DNA of 64,000 nucleotides from Monocercomonoides exilis PA203 (Eukaryota; Protista; Preaxostyla), in NCBI GenBank assembly GCA_001643675.2, contig LSRY02000065.1:186001-250000 (forward strand), read 5' to 3'. The position numbers and the translations under genes were made by a program. Below the pieces are notes generated by a model. That model was given only the letters and a program-made list of their open reading frames with translations, was not told where the DNA came from and searched no databases. Shown here one piece after another: positions 11,000 to 25,300 of this stretch. Numbering within the stretch: position 1 is the first letter of the stretch; each line of letters opens with the position of its first letter.

Positions 11000-13419
11000 A
11001 TGAGCGATGATGATTATCCTTTTCCTATTGACAGAGAAGAACGTGAAACAAGTAGATTATTAACGTTTTCGCAAGGGATTCCTTTTTCATCTGTGACAAA
11101 AACCACAGAAGAACATATCGCTTTTCTTCGATTTGAAAATCGTGGTTGCACACTTAAAAAAGCTAGAAAACCGAGTAAAACAAATTCCCATCAACCTCGA
11201 ATGCAAACACGAATGGTTGATATATTTTCTACACAACATTTTTCACTTTACATTTTTAAAAAATATTCTAGAAAGAAATTACGAATGAAATTTTTAAACA
11301 AAAAGAATGTGGAAACAAGGAGGAGCTGCTTAATGCAATTATACAACTGAGGAAGTTGATTTCAAATGGTTTGAGAAAAATGTCAGTTTAAAATTTGCAT
11401 TTCTTTTCAGAGAATTCAGTAGACCCAGATGATTTGATGAAAACAGGCGTATCAGAACCCTTGTTTTCATTGCTATCTACGGAAGCAGATTCGAGATTTC
11501 AAGCAGAGATTTTATTATGTCTCTTGAATATTGGTTTGCATTAAGATTATCAAGTTCTTTTTTGAATTTTTTGCTTTTGGAATAGCTGCAACGAACAACA
11601 CCAAATTTATACCTCTTATAACATATTCTGAAATTGTTCCAGTTGCTATATCACTTCTTGATTCTCCAAAAGGAATAGTTGTTTCTCATGTGTGAAAATT
11701 ATTAATTTATTTATTTTTTTGAATAGATATTTTGATAATTTGAAGTCTTTATTACTTCTGGCGAACCTTTCTGCAGACAACATAGATTTTAGTCACTTTT
11801 TAGCTACTGATAAACTTCTTACGAAAATGTTCAATTTACTGAAGACATCTCTGAAAATAGCAAGTTCTCTTCCGCCACCTTTTTCTGATCCTTCGCAAGA
11901 AATTGTGCAACTTGAAAATGATTTCCCAATAAAACAAGCAAGAAAGTTAGCAAAATCTGATGCGGAAAGAGATCATAAGATGGATACGGTCGAATCTAAA
12001 GCTGAATACGAATCTGATGACGATGATTACGATGATGATGACGAGGAAGAAGATGAGGAAGAGGAAGAAGAAGAAGAAGAAGAAAGCAACCAACACATTT
12101 TCGGTGGAGAAGGAACAGAAGAAGGTTCATCGTCACATTTCGTTAAGCTTCACAGCAGCCATATTGTTGACCAGATAATTGGCCCACTGATTCTGCTTTT
12201 CAGCAATCTCTGCCGCACGCCAACGAGCAAAGAGCTTTTCAAGCCGTTTGTTCCCGTTCTTGTTCAGCTGGTCTGCAGCAAGTGCTGGCCGCTGATTGTC
12301 GATTCGCTTATTTCGCTGGCGCGGCTGGTTGAGGCAGGGAATGGCTACACACAGGACATGTGCCACAAGCCGCTCTTTGAAACGCTGATTGGTCTTTTGA
12401 AGATGAAGGACCGTGTGTATCAGAGCAGCGCTGTGATATTCCTGAGTGCTGTGATGTATGCAGATGCACCAGAGCTGTCTGAGGTTTGCTGTGTAAAGCA
12501 TTATTTACAATGATTCTTGTTCTGCGTGCTGCAGGAGAATGAAAAACCATTTTCTTTCTTTCTTTCTTTTCCTTTCCTCTTTTTTATCTCTCAATGATTT
12601 CAAATTAATTTCATATTAATATATTTGTATTTCACTTTAAATAATTGTTAACTCAAATATTTCATAAATTTATGTTATACTCGTCAGTTGGCTTTGAACA
12701 GTGGATCCATCCCAACAGTTGTAGCACTCCTTGACGATGATCGGCTGGCACTGCTGTCAGAAACACTGAGCATCATCACCAACAGCGTGTTAAGCGAAGA
12801 GTGTCGGAGGGAGGCACTAGCTGCGGGTGTTGCGCAGAAGCTGAGTCACATCCTGCGGAAGTCGCAGACGCTGGCTATAAAGAAGGAGACAGTGCTGTGT
12901 GTGCACAACATTGCGTGCGGATCTGCCTTCTGTGTGAGCTCACTTGTTGAGGCCTCGGTACATGTGGAGCTGATCCGGATGCTCAACTGCCCAGACGAGG
13001 ACACAGTGAAGAAATGTCTGAAGATTCTGTTTCGATCACTCAGATTCGGAGAGAAGATAGCGAAGGAGGTTGAGAGGATTGTGGAGAGCAACAGCGAAGA
13101 TGAGGGAATAGATGACGAAACAATCACAGACGGAACAGCTGGGAAGATGGAAGTTGAGGCAGATGAGATGGCAGAAGCAAAGAAAAGTCTGTCTTTGTTG
13201 GCTGATTTGAGGAACGACAACACATCTTCATCTCCGAGTTCGGATATTTATAGGATTTTGAAGCATTACAACTTTAACATTGTTCTCCAGTCACTTGACG
13301 AAAATAACATAAGGCCAATATTAAAGTATCTTCAAACAAACGGGACAGACTCCGTCAAACAAATGTCAGAAAAGTTGTGGGATATTTTCTTTAAGCCTAT
13401 TGAAGACTCTGAAGATTGA
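11000..13419 (+). CDS. Armadillo-repeat protein, importin-alpha-like, multi-exon
   Basis: ARM-type helices (SGSIPTVVALLDDD, AGVAQKLSHIL, KKETVLCVHNIA, VHVELIRMLNCPD), acidic insert, basic N-terminus loosely like an IBB domain. Intron 12484-12687 is clear; 5' exon structure uncertain. Confidence 0.6.
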
Positions 13420-13925
13420 ATGAAGTAGAACAAGAGATCATTAAATGAATAGCTCTTCTCGTATACATCACCATGATGCGTTTTGAAGAAAAGGAAGCAA
13501 GTTTGAGAAGAAACTGATTTAAATCTTCATATTTGCAATGTTCATAGAAGCTTTGAATTTCTGCATTTTAAAGCAAGAAGTTTTTTATCATAAATGTCCG
13601 TTCTAAACTATAGATTAAATTTTTAATGAAATTTCAAATTTATCATATGGGGCAAAATTTTTTATTTTTTGAAAAAAAAAACAAAGATTTATTACAAAAA
13701 ATTTCCGTTATGAAATCATTATAAGCCTAACATTCCCATGCAAAAATAACATAGAATAATTAAAGAATTGAGAAAAATATTTGATTATAAAGAATGGAAC
13801 ACAATTCATAAAGCAAAAAATTTCTTCCGATATGTAGAAAAGATGCACTTTTTTTTGCTATCTTGACGAATTCTAATCAAAATGTAACATCTATTAAAGA
13901 TATGAAAACAGAGTGATTCAATTTA

Positions 13926-15941
13926 GGTTAGTGTTTTTATTGGCACCATTTTTTTATTGGCACAAAATTTTTGAAGTGATAAAATTCAAAAAACACAGAC
14001 TCAATTAGCAAAAATAAACAAAACTTGGGTCAAATAGTCTTCGAATTTTTCTTTTTCCTGAACTTTGATCTGCAAAATTTTCTTCTTCGATATTTTCCAA
14101 ATCATCAAGCAAAATTCTTCGCAAAACTCTTTTCTTCTTTGACTTTAATGGAAGAGTATCTTCAATGTTTTCTGTTTCTTCTTCGACTTCGGAACTTTTC
14201 GCACTTGTTCGAATAAAGATATCTTCTTCCCACTTTTCTAAGAAATCCTCATTTGTGAGCAGTTTTCCGTAAAAATCAAAACGATTTGAATAAGTGGGCA
14301 AAGGAAATGAAGAGTGTTTGGGCAATTTACGTAAAACTGGTCCTGAAGATCTGAACAAAACACCACTTGTATCAAATGCATTCTTAATTACTGATGGCGC
14401 GAATGCAGAGTGAAGAGCTTGAGGAAGGATGTCCGCCAAAGCCTTTCTGTTGGAAGAAGCTGTTGAAGATTGAGGTATTTCTATTGATGAATTTTAAACA
14501 GATTTAAGAACAGCAAAAACACCTCTATCGAGAGGTTGTGAAATATGTGTTGTGTGAGGAACAAATGTGATGACATCCACATTCGATTCCATAAATTTTC
14601 TCCAAATAATAGGGTTTGCGCGAGAGCTGTGCGTATCAATGAATAGCAAACATCTCTCTTCAGTCAATTTCATCCTTTTCTTTCTTTCTAATATTTCTGG
14701 AAGAAGAACACGCAAAGAGTATCGTTCGAATAAAGAAAAATTCATCCAACCGTTCGTAATGCACCACACATCAAGCGAAGGAGATAGTGAAGGAGTCAAC
14801 TCTTCCGGAACATTTGAACTTGGCCAAAGAACAATTGTAGGCAAAGAAAATCCATCTGAGGCAATAGCAGCCACAAGCGTCGCATTTCGAACTCTCGAAG
14901 GTGCTAGACAATAGGCTGAAGGAGATTCCGAGGATGTCGCAACAAGTTTTTGACAATTATCTGATAATCTCAGTGATGTTTCATCCACATTAAAGATTAG
15001 CTCCCTTCGGTATTTGAACTTTGAATGCAAATCATCAAGCATTTCGTACCAAGGTTTCAAAACGTCTTGACAAGATGCTGCAAGACATTTTGAATCCAAA
15101 ATTTTTGGCTTTTGTAATTTCAATTCGGGTTGATTTCGCAAGAAGGAATAAGCCGCGGATTTTGAAATTTCTTTTTTTGGTGAAGCATCAACTGAAATCT
15201 CTGAATCTTCATCTTCTATCGCATTTTCAATCTTTATAGAGACAAAAAAATAGAAAAAAAATATTTTGCAAACCAATTCTTTTGTTTTCTTCACTGTCAG
15301 GTTTGTTCCACACTTTGCTTCAATTTTAATTACGTCTGTAACAATTTCCTTTTTTTCCTTACGCAGCAATGACGTTCTTCCTGCTTTGGCAACATCCCTG
15401 TCACTTTTAACAGCATTCACTGCATGGATGAGAGTTTTTTTTTGAAAATTCACCGAAGTTGGTCGCATCCACTAGCCTGGCTTTTCCGTCAATCAGAATT
15501 CGCGCTATTCTCTCGAGTCTATTTTCAAAAATGCGATAGTTTATCGACGCCATTTCTGCATGCATTTTTCTTTTTCCTTCTTCAGCTTTTTTTTTGATCA
15601 TAAAAAAAACCAATCAATTTTTTGGGTAATGATCAAAAAAAAGTCCTTTTTGAACAGCCAAAAGACATTTCAAGTTTTGAAATGGGAAGTATTTGCTTTA
15701 ATAAATTTTTATATATTCAATTTGTTTTAAATAAGTATTTGTCATGTTATTTTCAAACGATAATTTCACTAACGAATTTAACTTTTGCCCCGAAATCAAA
15801 TAAGCACATCTGTTCTTTTACTGATGATAAAAACAATTGTTTGTGCAAATAATCTTTGTTTCTTATTGAAAATTATATCTTTCACAAAGAAATAGAAAAA
15901 AGGTGCCAATAAAAAAAAAGGTTCCAATAAAAGCACTAACC
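13926..15941 (-). mobile_element. pogo/Tigger-like (Tc1/mariner superfamily) DNA transposon, ~2.0 kb, ~38-bp TIRs, TA target duplication
   Basis: TA|GGTTAGTGTTTTTATTGGCACC...GGTTCCAATAAAAGCACTAACC|TA. Each TIR carries a doubled TTTATTGG(C/A)AC motif. Encloses a DDE_1 transposase. Confidence 0.92.
14005..15601 (-). pseudogene. DDE_1 (pogo/CENP-B family) transposase with two frameshifts and a probable 42-nt intron
   Basis: IFNVDETSL, NGWMN, LLFIDTHSSR, FVPHTTHISQPLDRGVFAVLK, VIKNAFDTSGV. Frame breaks in an A-run near 15440 and near 14495; GTTTGC...AAAG segment at 15232-15273. Confidence 0.85.
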
Positions 15942-16308
15942 TAATACCGAAAATTTCAATACTCTTAATTGTTGTTTGTGAATGATATTTTTCTAAATAG
16001 ATTTACAAAACGCAATTTCGGTTGTACGAAACAAACTGATAATTGCAAAGAAATCAATGCAAACAAAGGATAAGTATCATAGTTAGTTTTATTTTGACTA
16101 AAATGACATGTGAAATGTGAAGACAACAAAATTTACAAAACATACAAAAACCATTGATTTTATTGATTTATCACATTCATTCCACCGCTATACCTCCAAC
16201 ATGAAAACATCTCCTTCTTCCCATTTGAAATAATTAATCTTTTCATTCAATTATTTCTGTTGATACTCCACTTCCTCTCAATCTCTCATTGTCCTTTCGA
16301 TCCAATGG

Positions 16309-19300
16309 TCAATATTTGGCTCCTGAACTTTTGCTCTTGCTTTTCCCTTTCTCCTCTTTTCCTTCACTTGAGATTTCTTCCTCCTCCTCCTCTTCTTCTG
16401 CTTCGTCTTCATCTGTCTCGAAGTCGATGGCATCAGAAACTGTGAGCACAGCTGCTCCCTTCGGGAACTTTTGGATGCACATCCGCTTCACCCAAACAAG
16501 ACTCGGCCGCTCCGATCCCTCCTGGCTCAGCAACAACTCAATCACCTCCTCTGCCTTATTTCCCAGCATTGTCTTGCTGATCGGCCTCTCTCCATTCACA
16601 ATCTTCTGCCCTGCAGCCTCTGCCTCATATTCCCCAAATGGCACCTCCAGCGTCAGGCACTCCCACAACATCATCCCAATCGAGAAAGCCACTGACTCCT
16701 TCGTAGCATCCATCTTCTTGTACATCTGCAGTTCAGGTGCCTTCCATCTCAGACACTCTTTTCTGAAGGCATCCTCATCCTCTTCAAATGCAGATGAGGG
16801 AAGGGATTCATCATCATCACCATCTTCCTCACTGGCAGATGTCACAACTGTTGATGATGAGATGGAGGATGAATCTGAATCATCTGACAATAAGTCAGAG
16901 TGCATCACAACACAAATCACCATGTGTTCCGAGAATAGAATAATGTGCGGACTCAGAGTGGAAAGCGAAGATAATCCATTTTCCATTTCATCAAAAGAGT
17001 GGAGTGCGAGATTGGCCACCCAGAACAGGATCTGAGCAGCTGTTTGTTCTCTTTCCTTCAAGGAGCCAATATCCATTTCCTTCTTCTCGTTCCTTCCATG
17101 CAGCAACATGAACAGCGAATCCCTCAGATCTACGATCAGCTTTTCATGTGGCGAAGAGCATGCCATTGCATCCACAAGATTCGACATGGATGAGGTGGTT
17201 GGGCACAGACTCTCTGATCGAACAAATGTGGAATCTGAATCAGTTGTTGAAGTGGATGAAATGGAAGGTGATGGTGATCTCTTTTGAATCTCTTCTTCTT
17301 CAACCTTCTCCAATACCCATTCAGGAATCTTATCTGAGTCTCTTCCCAGAATATATTCAGTCGATCCGCTTTCAGAAAGAAGATGCTCTGATGATTCTGA
17401 ATGTCCCAAGCTTTTCTCATACACCCTCTTCTTTGTCCTCTCTTCGTTCTTCCTCTCTGCCTCCTTCTCAGTTCTCCTCCATTGCTCTTCGGGTGACATC
17501 TCCATCGTCACCATCTCAAATGCTTTGGGGTCCTTCTTGATATTATCATTCACAATCTCTCTCAGATCTTTTGCTTCATTCTTCGCCTTTTTCCATCGAA
17601 CAATGAATATCACTGCAATTATCAGTATGATAAGAAGAACAAATGCCATGATAATCACAATCAACAACCAGTAAGATTTCCCTTCTTTTCCTCCTTCCAC
17701 CACTTTATCATTTCCAGTCTTTGGTTCTGTTTCGTTCTTCAGAATCCGTGGAGAAGTTGCAGCCAATTGTTTTCCAAACAGAATCATCACAGACACCTCT
17801 GTTTCATCTGCAACCTTTGAAATATTTTCTGATGGGATTGTTCCAATCACCTCAGTTTCCGATTCAAAGCCATCTTCCTCAAACTGATATGTCTCAACCA
17901 ACTCCACATCCCCCGTTTTATACACAAGTCTGAATGACAAATCACAAGGCACAAAAAGGGATCCCTTGAATTTGATAAAAATGTTGCTTCCATTTTCATT
18001 CACAGAAGCATCTTCCAATTTTGGAATGAAAAAAGAAGATGACCTTTCTCCTGCTACTCCCTCAAGCGTGCATCCTTCATTCAGAATCCAAAGTGATGTG
18101 TTTGGTAAAACCTCATCACCTCCTTTCAAACTGGAAATAGCCAATGAGGCAGAATCAGAACAAATAATGTTTCTTCTCACTGATGGGTAATTCTCAATCG
18201 AAGGATTGTTGTTCTCAAATAATCCCATTTCAATTGTAATAGATCCTCCACTCACACTTATCCCTCCCTTCGATGAGTTGCAAATCGTGGTGTCTCGCAC
18301 AACTGCTTCACCATTCGACAAGTCAACAACTGACCCATTCCATTTGCACACTTCATCAGCAACTCCATTCCCTTCTGTTCCTGAAACAAGATTCCCTTCA
18401 AACACACACGACTCCATCAACATCTCCTCTGCCAATGCAATCGCCACCTGGCTCCCCTTTTGTGACTCTGATGAACACTCATGAAACGAGCAGTTGTACG
18501 TCTCAAAACCACTCATCGGCTGACTTGTGCAAACAATGCACGACCCATCACTCGATCGGCTGATGTTTGTGAATGATGACACCATCAATGATAAAATGAG
18601 TGATGAGTGGCTGTTTTCAAGTGAGATCAGACTCCTTTCTTCCAAATCAATGTTTGTGGCTGCCAATTTAGAAACACTCACTTTCTTGCTCTTTCCACTT
18701 TCAATCAACGAACTTTTGCATTCCACACCATCCACTCCCACATCCTCAAATGTTGCCTTTTCTGAATGCAATATCTGAAACACAGGCTTTGAGAATTTCA
18801 AGTGGCCAACAATGCACTTTTCTGCCTCAAACAACCCTTCGTCAACAACAATCAGAGAAAAGTCAAAAAGGGTCTGTGAATTTTCTGTTGTTCTGTTCTC
18901 TGACAAGAATGAAACAGATTCCAGAATGAGAGATCCACTCAATTGGTGTATCAAGCACGAGCAGACAACATTCCCCATTCCACCAAAAACAAATGACACC
19001 TTCTCAAATCGAACAGATTCTGATGTTCTCACAACTCCCTTATTCCCAAGCTCAATCTCTCTCACTTTTATCTTCCCATTCCTGCTCGCCTCCATCGACT
19101 TGATCGTCACCTTCTCAGCTGAACACGAACCAGTCAATTCTGTTTCATTCCAAACAAATAACAGTGAATAATCCGATGGGATGATGTGGCTCACCCCAAC
19201 ATTCAGCGATGAGCATGTGCTCTTCATCTCCCCACACTGCTTGCTGTCGCTGCTGTTCTCCACAATCGATGAAACAAATATGAATTCGCTCCTGAATACA

Positions 19301-22300
19301 AACACCATCCTCAGCAGATCCTCTTCATCCCCATAATTGTCTGCTGTGCATCCCCATATCGCCAGCTCCCTCACAAATGGCTCCCCAAAATTTATCAGGA
19401 ATTGTGACTCACTTATCTGCGAGTCAAGGTCTGTACACTTCACAAACACATCCCTCCCCTTCGATGCAACATTCTCCTTGAATGTGATGTTCGACAGCAC
19501 AAATGGCAATGCCTTCTGTGAGACACTCTGTGATTTCAAAAACATCCCTCCTCCTCTCCCAATGTTCGAACAGAAACACCCTGTCACATTTGTGTGATTC
19601 ATTTCCAATCTCCCCCTCTCATTGAGAAGGATAAACACTCCTCCTCCTTCATTCGAGCTTGTCGATCCACAACCGTCTATTGTTGAATTCCATATTTTCA
19701 GTCTCACTTCATTTGGCACATCACAGCAAAGCAATGAAGGGTTGTTTGACCCATTGTGCTTCACATTCACAAAGCTGCATTGCTCAAATAGAATATTCCA
19801 AATTTCTTCTGAATTATCATTCCCCCTCTCAGAAATCACACTTTCACTCATCACAATTGCACTTTTCCCACTCAATGAAATATCTTCAAATGTCACATCG
19901 CTCATGGTTGTCACGCAATCAGCTGATATACTCATTATCTCATGCATCGTTGAGAATCCAGCCATTTCTGTATTTTCAATCGAAATAATTCCTTTCGAAG
20001 CACTGATCAGAACAAATGACACCTCTCTTTCAGCATTGCCAATTGTGTGAATTGAACAGCTCACAACACTCGTTTTGATTGCATCTGAACCTGCCTGGAT
20101 AAGGATGCTTGCTCCGTTGTCAAAGGCACTGGGGATCAGAATCCCCAATTCACTGAACTGAACAACCCCTTTGCACTCAACAACAGTATCTCCATCCCCT
20201 TCAAGTGCTTGAGCAAATCTGATTTTGTCTGATTCCATATTTGTTCCTTCCAATTTCATCCCATTCATCTCTGTCACACTCCTCACATCGCAAATCCCAT
20301 GAATCATCATCTGCTCGACTGTTGAACTGCCGATACGATTCATCCCATAATCAACAGATTGGCACGGAAGATTTGGAAAGCCACACACAACAGCATTGTT
20401 TCCTTCCTCTGCAATATACACACTCGATTCAATCGATTTCCAGAAATAGATCAGTGGGATTGCACACTCCTTGTTTTCTCCATCATATCCCATCATCGAG
20501 TCTTCGGTCAATACCTCCAATCTGTCTTTCACAAATGGAAGTGTTTCGTTCTTGATGCTCTTGGCAAGCAACGGAGATGAAATGAACAAATCCTTCCCAT
20601 ATTTCGCATTGTTTGGCTTCCCAGATGAAAAAACTGGTGAGGATATCACAAACCCTGCTTTTCCTTCTTCTTCTTCTTTCAGGATCTTCAGCATTATTCC
20701 TCCTCCATATCCAACACTTCCCTCTTCATATGGTGCTGTGCAACAATAAAACGAACACAAACTTATCAAAAGATTTGTATTTGCAGATGCTTCATAAAAG
20801 AGTGCACCTCCTCCAATCTCATTTTTCTCTTCTTCAACAGCACACCCTTCAAATGTGCAATCATCTATTTCCACTTTGAAATCTCTTCCATCATCATCAT
20901 CATCATCCTCATCATCATTGTTTGCAATGCTGATGCATCCTCCACTTCCCTTCGAACCAGTGATCGATGAAAATGTGCATCCTGACATCTCTTCAATAAT
21001 CCCCTCGTGGCACTCGACAACACACCCATCACCAAATGTGATTTCGGAAAAATCACTATTCGTCATATTCATCGAAGGCACACTTTTAGCATTCCCTTCA
21101 ACAACAAATATCGATGAATCTCCAATTTTCATATTCTCTGATCCAAACTCACTCACCTCCACAACCCCTCCAACAGCCTTCACAAATATTGTCGAAATAG
21201 TCTCAGCGCCTCCTTCCATCCCACATCCATTCAGTGCGAGCTTCCCTGAATGACACTCAAACACACTTTCATGAAAGGTCAGCGATTTCTTCAAAGAAAA
21301 TACAATGCCAGTCACAGACACAGAAACTGTGTTTTTTATCAAGCCACTTTGAGCTCCCTCTTTCTGATCAGAAACATCGCACTTCATCTCATCCTCTTTG
21401 GATGCAATGCTCCATTCATGTGAAGTCACCCCCAGCTCCTCCTCAAAGACAAATGGCTCAAGAAGAGCAACATCCTTTTTCTTCCCTTCCAAATGGATTG
21501 AGACTGCCTTCGAAATGGATGAGCAAGGAGATGCTTCATATCCACACTTCGAGAAATCATGGCTCAATGATCCTCCTCCCACAAACACTGGTGCTGAAAA
21601 GTTGTTCCACAGATACACCACCAGCGGAATGGCAAATGTCTCATTCGATGTTGATCTCTCAAACCCATTCAATTTTGTGAAGTTATTCAAATCAACCTCA
21701 AATCCAATCGATCTCCTGTCAATCACACTCCAAAGATCATTCGCATTGATGAAGATTTCTTTCCCTTCTTGAGCATCACACTCAGCAAATGAAACATCCT
21801 TCAAAGTGAATGAGCTTGTCCCATCAGCCAAATGAAGATAAATCCCTCCTCCATATCCACACTCTCCATCTGCTGTTTGCCTTGCCTTGCAGCTCTCAAG
21901 TTGAAACAAATTACTTTCATCATTTGAAGTTATTTCATTCACTTTGTTGGCATTCGTCATGTTTCCCACAGTGAATGATGATCCTTCTCCCATCTCAACC
22001 CACATCCCTCCTCCATTTCCTCCTTTGCTCTCACACCCTGACATCACCCCTCCAACAATTTCCAGTGAGCAATCTCTCCCAAGCGTGCATTCAACTGCTC
22101 CCCCATTTTCTCCATTCCCTTTGAATCCTCTCATCGTATTGTTTGTGAGCTTCAGCAACTTGACTGAATTTGTGGAAATCATTCGAACTGATCCTGATGA
22201 TAATGATTCTGTTTGTTGTGCTGTTTTCACTGAAAGCGTTGAATCTTGAATCGTAAAAGATGCTCCATTCTCCGCTCCAAACAAAACACTATTAACTGTC

Positions 22301-25300
22301 GAGCTTATATCTTCAATGATCATGGAAGTGAATGTGCCAGCAGCATTGTTTCCATCAAGGCTGATCAATGGATGATTCCCAATCACCAAGGATGATACAA
22401 CAAAAGACGAAACAGACATCTCGCCTGCTGTTGCTGACAAAAACACAAAAGATAACGCTGATCGAGAATTTTGAAATGTCAGTGAGCAGCTCTCGAGCGA
22501 AAATGATTGTGAGGAAGAAGAGAAAAATATTTCGTGATTTGCGAGTGCAGAAGGAACAGAGAAAACAAGTGATTTCAAAACAGTATTTGCACTTATTGTT
22601 ATCAAACTTTCTTTCACTCCGTTTCGTTCATTCCCCACATTCCATCCACTGTTTCCATCTTTCCCTCTGATTGTGTGCTTGAGGGAGTCAAATGTCAGCT
22701 CATCTTGCATTTCAATCATCCCATCAACAACAATCTTCTTTTCCTCTTCTTGCATTTCCAGTGAATGCTTCAGAGTCAGACAGGGAAACTCAGCAAATCC
22801 ACAACGAGAATGATCAAATGCATCAGCATTGCTCACAACAATCTCGCTTGGCAAAGGAATCAGATAAACACACAGCGGAATCGGAATCGTTTCATCCCCA
22901 TTGTGGAATCCTCGGATTTTGTTAATCGTGGAAATTGATGCTGTCAATGAAGTGATCTTCCCGCTTCTTGCTGTTGTTTCCAAATTGGGAGAATCAATGA
23001 AAATATCACTTCCCCATTTGGCCACGTTTCCATTGAATGCTGATGAAATCTGAAACTCTGCATTTGTGTCTTTCACTTTCAGCCCAATCCCTCCTCCCCT
23101 CCCTTGTGTGGCTGATGCATAACAATTCTTCACAATACCTTCATCCATAGTCAATGAACTCTCTCTTCCAGCTTCAATCATCAATCCCCCTCCAAAATCA
23201 CAGTCTTCATTCCCACACCCATCAATCGTGCATCCTTCAAGAGTTATTGAATGCGACCCTTCACCCACACTTATCAGAGATGACCCCGCTGTTGTTCTCA
23301 CAATGTTGCTGAACACACATTTATCCAGAGACAACATCACAGATGATTCTTGAGAAAGTGATATAACACTTGCAGCGCTGAATGTTCGTCCCCATCTCAC
23401 ATCTTGCATCTTCAAACTTCCATCTTCCATCTTCACAAGCGAATTCTGAATGCTCCTCTCTTCTGAATGAGCTGAATCCATCGATATGTTCATTCGCTTC
23501 ACATCCATCAATCCACTTCCCTCAACCTCAAACAGAATGCATTGTCTGTTGTTTTCAAAAGATGTATTGTGAACAACTGACAGATCATTCACAGTCAACT
23601 CTCCTGTTCCAACACAAAACATACTCAGTCCATTTCCCTCGAATTTCGTTTCAATGGAAGAACCCGATGAAGAAGCTCCATTCACAGAGATTGTTTTCTC
23701 CCCAACATCAACTCCTTTTTCTTCCACAACTGTTCCACTCAACACCTTGATTTCCTCCACAAACCCCACAATCATTTGAGACAGGCAATGGCTGATTGTC
23801 GAGCACGCATAGGATTCATTCAATCCACAGCTAAATGTGTCTTTTGCGTTTTCCTGAGCTTGAACGGAAGAAACAAATCTGCTTCTTCCTCCTTCATTTC
23901 GCAGCCATTCACTTCTATCTCCATCTGCATAATATCTCACACCTTTAGTTCTTGTCGAATAACACCACAGTACTTGTGAACCTGTGGAGTTATCATCCAC
24001 ATAAATGTCATTTCCATTTGGAGCTGTATTATTGTGGAAAAAGCAAAACCACAAGAGTTTTCCATTGTTTTCGTTTATCTTTAAGCATGTTGCCCCGCCA
24101 TTGTAGTTTGAATAGCATCCTTTAAAAAGACAATTTTTCATTACAATTCTATCAACTGCATGCCAATGAAGAAAGCCCCCACCAAGAGAATCTGCAATAT
24201 TATGCCCACTACAGTTTTGAAAATTACAATTCAATATACTATCTTTTGTTTTTGTTGCTTTGGAACTGCGAATTCCAAGTCCTCCAGCATCATTTCCTGA
24301 CCATCCATCTTTGAAAAAGCAGTTTTCAACAAGCACTTGAATTGTTATATCATCAATTTCTGCTCCTGCTCCTCCATAATTTGTTGATGCTACACAATAG
24401 CACTCAACAAATGTGGAATGCTTCACAGTACATTCTGCAATATTCAACGCATATATCCCTCCTCCTCTGGTTGAAGTTGCATTGCATTTCACAAATGACG
24501 AATTCTCAACTGTCAGTGTTGCACTCGAATTGTCATGCACATACAGCGCTCCTCCACACGAAGCGTTGCACTCAATCCATTCAGCGTTCACATACGACTG
24601 ATTTTTGGTTGTTTCATTTCGCTCAGTGTTTTTCATCTTCCGATCCACTCTTTCATTCTGAATAAATGTGCAATTATTGCAGGTGAATGAACCAGATCCT
24701 TCTGTTCCACTCACAATCCCTCCTTCAAGCACATTCATTGATCTTTTAACATCACAATCTTCTATTGAACTCATCTTCATCAATGTCACTTTTCCAGTTT
24801 GCATCTTCTCTATTTCACCACATTTCTTTGAGATGTTCGCAAATATGCAATTTTGGATTCCTTCAAAACTTCCTGAACCATCTCTCAAAAAACTGCCTCC
24901 ACTCCCACAAAACACAACATCCTCAAACTCACTGTTTCTCACAAACAGCGAAGACAAATCACCCCCTTCCATCTTCACCATACTCCCCATCATTCCACAT
25001 TCCTGACCATTCCCAACACCCAAACTCGTGTTTATCAGCCAGCATGTCCCTCCATTCCTCACATAATGACCATTCAACTCGTTTTTTCTCACAAACACAC
25101 TTCCCTCAACAAGCAGCAATGATCCTGATCTTATTTCAATCATCACACAATCATCTGGGTTTTCAAGCAACATCCCCTTCAATTCAACTGACGAGTTGTG
25201 AATATCGCAAAACATCCGAACAACACTTCCCTTCACAAAAATACCACTCTTTTCCATTCCACGAACATGGAAAGCATCATATTCATTTCTCATCTTGTAG

